Origin: Candidatus Omnitrophota bacterium
Lineage (GTDB): Bacteria; Omnitrophota; Gorgyraeia; Zapsychrales; Zapsychraceae
DNA length: 11,999 bases
Reading direction: 5' to 3'
NCBI GenBank assembly: GCA_021108075.1
Contig: JAIORP010000176.1
Coordinates: 1 to 11,999, forward strand
Of the stretch, positions 1 to 4,781 are shown in pieces. Numbering within the stretch: the first letter of the stretch is position 1; every line of letters begins with the position of its first letter. The notes beneath the pieces were generated by a model, which worked only from the letters and a program-made list of their open reading frames with translations, was not told the DNA's origin and did not search any database. A program made the position numbers and the translations under genes.

Positions 1-214
1 TTCCATATTATCAATATGTTATGTAAAATAATTTTTGAACGTTGGGACAGTAGTGTTTTCATATAAATTTTGGGGGTATAAATTTATTATTAATTTAATT
101 AATCAAAAAACATCTCCATAAGTCTAACATTAAATCGTGGTATGTTCCAGTCTGTATTTCATCTTATGTACAGTGTTGGATGAATCGATCTGATTCATCT
201 CCTGGAGGAATTTT

Positions 215-241
215 ATGAAACGTTTGAGCCGTTTTTTATAA
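215..241 (+). other. 8-codon mini-ORF (MKRLSRFL*) with a consensus Shine-Dalgarno (GGAGGA, 5-nt spacer); candidate leader peptide/uORF
   Basis: 'ctcctGGAGGAattttATGaaacgtttgagccgttttttaTAA'. The ORF itself contains a small hairpin (aaacg-tttgagc-cgttt) followed by a T-run. No longer ORF follows in frame. Confidence 0.2.
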
Positions 242-896
242 GCTATTTTTTCATAATGTTAAAACTATTAGACTCAGCGGGGGATATTCCGTACAATATA
301 AAAAAAGACCGTCATGGTGTTTAACACCGTTCTGAAGAGGTGACGATTGTTGGAAAAGTAAAAGGAACGGTCGCGGATTTGAAGGCGATGATGTCAGAGA
401 CAGAAATAACGATAGAAAAAAATGATTGAGACAGAAGAAATCACTTATGTTTGACGTTATTTTCGATCCAGCCTTTAAAGTGAAATTGCCATAGTTCAGA
501 TTCGCGTGGGCATGTTATCATGACGTGTCTGTGCAGTCGTCTTTTTGAGAACTTATTCAGGTGATTGATCAGGAGGCCTTCTCTGGTCGAACGGGCGAGT
601 GTCCCGGACAGAATGAACTTCCGTATATTATTTATTTTTTATCCGATCTTATTCAGGAAAAAGATTTTGAGAGAATGACCCGAGTTTTTCGTGAATTTTT
701 AGGCGGGCGTACAGGCGGGCACAAAACAGGTTCAACCTTTATGGTTTTTTAAAAATGGTGGATAGCGGTCAAAATGAAATTATGATTCGAATGCATGGGA
801 TATGGTATGCGGGTTAGGATTATTTTTAGATTTTGACTAAAGAATTAAAGGATGCCGCTTTTCTTTTATCGTTTCCCATTATTTGTTCAGGATTTT

Positions 897-925
897 CTTT
901 TTCTAAAAGCATGTCATGTTATAAT
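897..925 (+). promoter_or_regulatory. Candidate promoter for the Nudix gene with an extended -10 (TGtTATAAT at 917-925) and a weak -35
   Basis: 'catgtcaTGtTATAATtttttt'. The consensus extended -10 lies 64 nt upstream of ATG 989. The -35 region (ctttttc at ~896-902) is poor, which an extended -10 can tolerate. Confidence 0.4.
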
Positions 926-945
926 TTTTTTAAAGAATTATTTCG

Positions 946-958
946 CCAGTTTAACTGG
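946..958. promoter_or_regulatory. 13-bp palindrome CCAGTT-t-AACTGG between the putative Nudix promoter and start codon; candidate operator
   Basis: Perfect 6-bp arms around a single central base, at about +15 to +27 relative to the predicted TSS (~932). Confidence 0.25.
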
Positions 959-988
959 TTTTTATGGGATTCATTTTAAAGAAATATT

Positions 989-1399
989 ATGGAAGCGACA
1001 ACAGTAGCCGCGATCATTTTTCGCACATATCATTCACGCAAAGAAATTTTATTGACCAAACGCAATGTTCCTCCTTATAATCATGATTGGTGTTTTCCAG
1101 GGGGGCATATTGACCGGGGTGAATCGGCTCAAGATGCTGTCATTAGAGAAGTTAAAGAGGAAACAGGCTTAGATATTCAGCCGACATTTTTATTTCTTTA
1201 TGAAGAGCGCATAAAAGAATTGAACAAGCATGACTGGTTAGCCGTTTACCTTGCGGAGGCGCAGGGTTCATTAGATTGTTCGGAGGCCGAAGTACAGGAC
1301 ATTCGTTGGGATACCATGCAAAAGGCCTTGCAGCGGTCATTGGCATTTTGCCATCACGATGTGTTAAAACGCTTTTTTGAGGAATATCCATGGTGATCA
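989..1399 (+). CDS. Nudix-family (MutT-like) nucleoside di/triphosphate pyrophosphohydrolase, 135 aa
   Basis: Complete ORF with a perfect Nudix box, GX5EX7REUXEEXGU: G-HIDRG-E-SAQDAVI-REVKEETGL. Size and N-terminal pattern (AAIIF...KEILLTKR...WxFPGG) are typical of small single-domain Nudix enzymes. Weak SD (aaagaaa) 6-8 nt upstream of the ATG. The ORF-track end 1396 is listed; the stop tga at 1397-1399 is included here. Confidence 0.85.
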
Positions 1400-1410
1400 A
1401 GTCCTCGGTT

Positions 1411-1427
1411 TCAAGGGCATTCCTTGA
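1411..1427 (+). terminator. Small hairpin (tcaagg-gcatt-ccttga) just after the Nudix stop, followed by T-rich sequence; weak candidate terminator
   Basis: 6-bp stem and 5-nt loop at 1411-1427, followed by 'cgataaaattgttatttttg'. There is no contiguous U-tract immediately 3' of the stem, so termination would be at most partial. Confidence 0.25.
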
Positions 1428-1465
1428 CGATAAAATTGTTATTTTTGTGTTTTACGTCTTTGGAC

Positions 1466-1492
1466 TTTACAAAAATAGCGATAAATTATAAT
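1466..1492 (+). promoter_or_regulatory. Candidate sigma-70/sigma-A promoter for the CII-like/NfeD/flotillin operon (TTTACA-15-TATAAT)
   Basis: -35 TTTACA at 1466-1471, 15-nt spacer, perfect -10 TATAAT at 1487-1492. The predicted TSS is ~1499, about 26 nt upstream of the first possible start codon (GTG 1525). Confidence 0.45.
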
Positions 1493-1524
1493 TTACAGGT
1501 ATGCTTTAAAATTTTATCCTTAAA

Positions 1525-2127
1525 GTGAACGTTCAGCTTGCCGAAAGTTTTATGACCGGATTTTCGCAAGCAGTTGCTTTGTTTGGCCAAACAAAGCCGA
1601 AAAAGGAGGGGGGAGGCGCAACCTTGGATGAATCTTATCAAGTACTCAAAAAGGCTATTGATGCGGTTGGTATCAAGAAAGTCGCGGTTGAATTAGGACT
1701 ATCTACTTCTTTATTATACAAGTGGTGCCAACGTTCGGAAGACATTAATGAATATCAATCCGCCAGCGGAGCAGCTAATCCTTTAGACCGTCTTCAGAAA
1801 TTGTATGAATTGACGAATGACTCGGATATTATCAATTGGCTGTGCCAGAATGCCGATGGGTTTTTTGTCCCAAATCCTACGATTGATAAGAAGAAGCGGG
1901 GACTACACGTGGTTGAGAATATGCAGGGAATGATTCGTGAATTCTCAGAAACTCTTGATACGATTATAGATTGCTACAATAATGGGAATCGTATTGATTC
2001 GGATGAATCGAAACGGATCCGGGCGAAATGGGAAGAGTTAAAACAATTTGGAGAGTTTTTTGTCAGCGCTTGTGAAAGCGGCAAGTTTGATAAGAAGCCG
2101 TCTAAAGGAAAAACAAAAAGGGGGTAA
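1525..2127 (+). CDS. HTH-containing putative regulatory protein (Cro/CII-like helix-turn-helix, 'VAVELGLSTSLLYKWCQ'); possibly phage CII (186 CII / P4 cII-type) family; start codon uncertain
   Basis: Open frame of 200 codons followed 3 nt later by the next gene. The motif (A/V)xxLG(L/V)SxSx(L/V)(Y/S)xW is a classic Cro/CI/CII-type HTH. The downstream segment 'LDRLQKLYELTNDSDIINWLCQNADGFFVPNP' resembles, from my memory of phage 186 CII, the region just after the HTH in CII/CP76-type proteins. Start options are GTG 1525 (no SD), ATG 1552 (weak SD) or in-frame TTG 1624 preceded by a very strong SD (aaggaggggggagg at 1603-1616, 7-nt spacer). Confidence 0.6.
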   Translation: MNVQLAESFMTGFSQAVALFGQTKPKKEGGGATLDESYQVLKKAIDAVGIKKVAVELGLSTSLLYKWCQRSEDINEYQSASGAANPLDRLQKLYELTNDSDIINWLCQNADGFFVPNPTIDKKKRGLHVVENMQGMIREFSETLDTIIDCYNNGNRIDSDESKRIRAKWEELKQFGEFFVSACESGKFDKKPSKGKTKRG

Positions 2128-2130
2128 AAA

Positions 2131-2715
2131 ATGGATATATTTGCAAATGCTACTCCTTTGGAGAACGCGTTTTGGGTTTGTGCTTTGGGAGGAACATTTT
2201 TTTTCATGATTCGGTTTGTTCTGATGATGGTCTCGGGCGCCGGAGGTGAAGCCGAAGGATTGGATGGCGCAGAAGCTGATGGTGGTGGTTTTGATACGGA
2301 CGCAACCTTTCAATTTATCTCCATCCATACGCTGACGGCTTTTGTGATGATGTTCGGCTGGGCCGGGTTAACGGCTTACCGGCAGTTTCTGTTGTCCGCT
2401 GGTTTGTCTATTTTTATCGCTTTTTTGACAGGCGGACTTTTTATGTATTTAACGGCGTTTTTATTAAAGGCGTTAAAAGGATTAAGCAGCCGTGGTGGGA
2501 CTTTTAATATCAGAGATTCCATTGGGTTGAGAGCGAATGTGTATCAGATGATTCCGGCTGACGGACGGGGACGCATCCATATTGCCCGCGAGGGAACGAA
2601 TACCGTTGAATTGGATGCGGTCTCGCATGACAAGAATGAAATTTCTTCTTTTAAGACGGTTGAAATTATGGAAGTGGTTGATGGAAAAACAGTTTCTGTC
2701 AAAATAATCTCGTAA
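2131..2715 (+). CDS. NfeD/YqiJ-family inner-membrane protein (N-terminal TM helices and Gly/acidic loop, C-terminal OB-fold beta-barrel), 194 aa
   Basis: ATG preceded by SD aaaggggg with 6-nt spacing; the SD lies inside the 3' end of the upstream gene, suggesting translational coupling. Hydrophobic helices (FWVCALGGTFFFMIRFVLMMV; ISIHTLTAFVMMFGWAGLTAY; LLSAGLSIFIAFLTGGLFMYLTAFLL) flank a Gly/acidic stretch (GAGGEAEGLDGAEADGGGFDTDA) typical of YqiJ-type proteins. The C-terminal ~75 aa is a soluble beta-rich domain like the NfeD OB-fold. It sits immediately upstream of a flotillin gene, the canonical NfeD-SPFH pairing. Confidence 0.8.
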   Translation: MDIFANATPLENAFWVCALGGTFFFMIRFVLMMVSGAGGEAEGLDGAEADGGGFDTDATFQFISIHTLTAFVMMFGWAGLTAYRQFLLSAGLSIFIAFLTGGLFMYLTAFLLKALKGLSSRGGTFNIRDSIGLRANVYQMIPADGRGRIHIAREGTNTVELDAVSHDKNEISSFKTVEIMEVVDGKTVSVKIIS

Positions 2716-2754
2716 GTTTGTTTTAAATGTCACTATACTAAAAGGAGAACTGAT

Positions 2755-4167
2755 ATGAACTTATTGGTCGTTAGTGTGTTGGTTGGGGCGTTCTTTTTTG
2801 TCTCCATTTTAATGTTTTTTGCCAGCTGCTATAAGCGTTGCGCGTCAAACCAGATCATAGCGATTTACGGAAAGGTCGGAAAAGAACAATCAGTAAAATG
2901 TTTTCATGGCGGGGGTGCGTTTATTATCCCTCTTATTCAAGACGCGAAATTTCTTGATTTGACACCGATGACGATTAGTATCCCGCTCAAAGGGGCGCTG
3001 TCGTTTCAGAATATCCGTATTAATGTGCCGAGCACGTTTACGATTGCGATTGATACGTCTAAGGAAGCGATGAACAATGCCGCTGTCCGTTTGCTGGGAT
3101 TAACAAGTGAGGAGGTTGAACGCATGGCCTCAGAGATAATATTTGGCCAATTGCGTTTAACGGTCGCGTCATTAAACATTGAGGAAATCAATCAGGACCG
3201 TGAGCGGTTCCTTCAGGCAATCCGTAATAATATTGAGCCGGAATTGAGAAAAATCGGTTTAACCCTTATTAACGTTAATATCACGGATATCACGGATGAA
3301 TCTGATTATATTGAGAGTATCGGAAAGAAGGCCGCATCCACTGCTGTTAATCAAGCCAAAATTGATGTGGCTGAACAAGAAAAAAAGGGGGATGTCGGAG
3401 CATCTGCCGCGGAAAGGGAAAGGCGTATCCAGGTAGCCTCATATAATGCCGAAGCCGTTGAAGGGGAAAACACGTCTAAGGCCAAAGTTGCCAGTTACGA
3501 TGCTGACTTGGCTGAAAAAGAAGCGGAAGCCGGACGCCGCGGGGAAGTCGCTGAACAGAACGCAGTCGCCGAAATTCAGAAAGCCAAGGCCCTGGCCGAA
3601 ATAAAGCGTTTGGAAGCTGAGCAGATTGTTCCGAAAGAAATTGATAAGCGAAAAGTTGAGATTCAGGCTGACGCGGATGCCGAGAAACTTCGTCGGGAAG
3701 CCAAGGGTAAGGCGGACGCGATCGTTTCTGTTAAAACCGCGCAAGCCGAAGGTATTCAGAAGGTGCTGGACGCTAAAGCCGAAGGTTATCATCGTCTGGT
3801 CAATTCTTGCGGGGATAATGCGAAAGACGCGGCTACTATGTTGCTTGTTGAAAAGTTAGAAGAAATCATTAAGTTGCAGGTTGAAGCGATCCGTAACATC
3901 AAAATTGACAAAGTGGTCGTTTGGGATAGTGGTCATGGGGAAAAAGGCAGTTCAACAGCTAATTTTATGAGCAGTTTGGTCAAATCATTACCGGCCTTAC
4001 ATGATGTGTCTGCCATGGCCGGGGTGGAATTGCCGGATTATTTAGGTAAAATTGTGGATGATGCAAAAATCAAAGGGGTCAAAGAAACCCGTACGCGAAC
4101 ATCAGCCCCGGCGAAACCACAGAAAGAAGGTGACGCCTCATCCCAGGATAAAGGGCCATCTAAGTAG
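2755..4167 (+). CDS. floT: Flotillin-like SPFH/band-7 protein (FloT / YqiK family), 470 aa
   Basis: Perfect SD aaaggaga at 2741-2748, 6 nt before the ATG. The N-terminal TM/hairpin (LLVVSVLVGAFFFVSILMFFA) is followed by an SPFH domain (IIAIYGKVG...GGGAFIIPLIQDAKFLDLTPMTISIPLKGALSFQNIRINVPSTFTIAI...) and a long Ala/Glu-rich coiled-coil region (AEQEKKG...AEKEAEAGRRGEVAEQNAVAEIQKAKALAEIKRLEAEQ...). The C-terminal flotillin signature 'KVVVWDSGHGEKGSSTANFMSSLVKSLPALHDVSAMAGVELPDYLGKI' resembles the B. subtilis FloT / E. coli YqiK C-termini. Confidence 0.9.
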   Translation: MNLLVVSVLVGAFFFVSILMFFASCYKRCASNQIIAIYGKVGKEQSVKCFHGGGAFIIPLIQDAKFLDLTPMTISIPLKGALSFQNIRINVPSTFTIAIDTSKEAMNNAAVRLLGLTSEEVERMASEIIFGQLRLTVASLNIEEINQDRERFLQAIRNNIEPELRKIGLTLINVNITDITDESDYIESIGKKAASTAVNQAKIDVAEQEKKGDVGASAAERERRIQVASYNAEAVEGENTSKAKVASYDADLAEKEAEAGRRGEVAEQNAVAEIQKAKALAEIKRLEAEQIVPKEIDKRKVEIQADADAEKLRREAKGKADAIVSVKTAQAEGIQKVLDAKAEGYHRLVNSCGDNAKDAATMLLVEKLEEIIKLQVEAIRNIKIDKVVVWDSGHGEKGSSTANFMSSLVKSLPALHDVSAMAGVELPDYLGKIVDDAKIKGVKETRTRTSAPAKPQKEGDASSQDKGPSK

Positions 4168-4199
4168 TTTTTATTGTTAAAGTTTGATTTGAGAGTAAA

Positions 4200-4239
4200 T
4201 GAAAAGCAGCTGTTTTTGATAAAAAATAGCTGCTTTTCA
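4200..4239. terminator. Long, nearly perfect A/T-rich inverted repeat (about 18 bp per arm, loop 'gata') 33 nt after the flotillin stop; probable bidirectional terminator, or a protein-binding palindrome
   Basis: aaaagcagctgttttt-gata-aaaaatagctgctttt: 16 consecutive pairs with one G-U, extended by flanking g-c and t-a pairs. The 3' arm ends in uuuu. The stem is A/U-rich, so stability is moderate. Confidence 0.5.
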
Positions 4240-4342
4240 AGGTTATTTTAGCGAAGATAATTTTCTAGGAATTATTAAATAAATTAATATATAATTTAAT
4301 TTAAAACTATATTTTCTAATAGTTTGCGGAAAAATAGTTCTC

Positions 4343-4371
4343 TTGACATTATTTATATAAAATGCTATATA
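4343..4371 (+). promoter_or_regulatory. Candidate promoter for the giant gene (TTGACA-17-TATATA)
   Basis: Perfect -35 TTGACA at 4343-4348, 17-nt spacer, -10 TATATA at 4366-4371. This implies a ~280-nt 5' leader before ATG 4659. Other weaker A/T-rich -10-like sequences lie closer to the gene, so the TSS is not certain. Confidence 0.4.
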
Positions 4372-4415
4372 TTTATAGGATGAAAGCGTTTCCAAGATTT
4401 GGCGTTTTTCAATTT

Positions 4416-4431
4416 ATTGAAATCATTCAAT
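4416..4431. promoter_or_regulatory. Inverted repeat ATTGAA-atca-TTCAAT embedded in direct repeats of TTCAATTTA (4408-4416, 4426-4434); candidate operator in the leader of the giant gene
   Basis: Seen directly: 6-bp perfect arms with a 4-bp spacer, overlapping two copies of TTCAATTTA spaced 18 bp apart and a third partial copy (acaatttta at 4435-4443). Confidence 0.3.
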
Positions 4432-4658
4432 TTACAATTTTATTTTCATTATTATGATTAAGTCAAAAATCACCAATTTCGACCTATCTATATCGTCGGT
4501 CTATTCATCTACTCCCCGCCAAAGAAAAACATCGTATCATATTAAATACCAACAATTTACATTAATTCGTTTTTCCATTATTTTTTATTCCGTTACGGTT
4601 TTATACATATATATTATTAATAGATTCATCCTTTTTTAAAACAGGGGGACAAAAGGTC

Positions 4659-4781
4659 ATGAGTATTAACACTTTTAAAGCAAATTCAAATTTACCTCAT
4701 CGCGTATTATCTGTTTTTGTTAGCTTGATTTTCATTTGCAATTTTGTGATGCCTCTATCAATGGTTCAGGCGCAAAGTGCT
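4659..4781 (+). other. Predicted Sec signal peptide of the giant protein (~38-41 aa, extended n-region)
   Basis: MSINTFKANSNLPHR (basic n-region), VLSVFVSLIFICNFVMPLSMV (h-region), then VQA|QSA|G with small residues at -1/-3. Confidence 0.6.

Noticed and set aside
561-752. 63-aa ORF (MIDQEAFSGRTGECPGQ...) in the upstream region
   Set aside because: GTG start with no ribosome-binding site. Its 'GRTG' repeat is produced by a repeated DNA motif rather than by protein constraint, and it lies in an otherwise non-coding A/T-rich region. Treated as non-coding.
989-1399. Nudix gene as part of the downstream operon or defence cassette
   Set aside because: It has its own promoter-like element and a hairpin between it and the operon promoter. 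Adjacency is probably incidental, although Nudix enzymes do occur in some defence contexts.
1628-1696. ATG at 1628 as an alternative start for gene 1
   Set aside because: It is out of frame with the long ORF and terminates after ~22 codons.
1152-4167. Antisense/shadow ORFs overlapping the Nudix gene (1152-1400 -), the operon genes (1974-2207 -, 2038-2328 -, 2482-2733 -) and flotillin (3006-3191 -, 3439-3792 -, 3626-3859 +)
   Set aside because: They overlap well-supported genes on the opposite strand or a different frame. The 3439-3859 ones are artefacts of the GC-rich Ala/Glu-repeat codons of the flotillin coiled-coil.
4454-4639. 61-aa ORF upstream of the giant gene
   Set aside because: Extremely A/T-rich, low-complexity translation (I/Y/F/S runs) with no SD; it sits within the leader of the giant gene.
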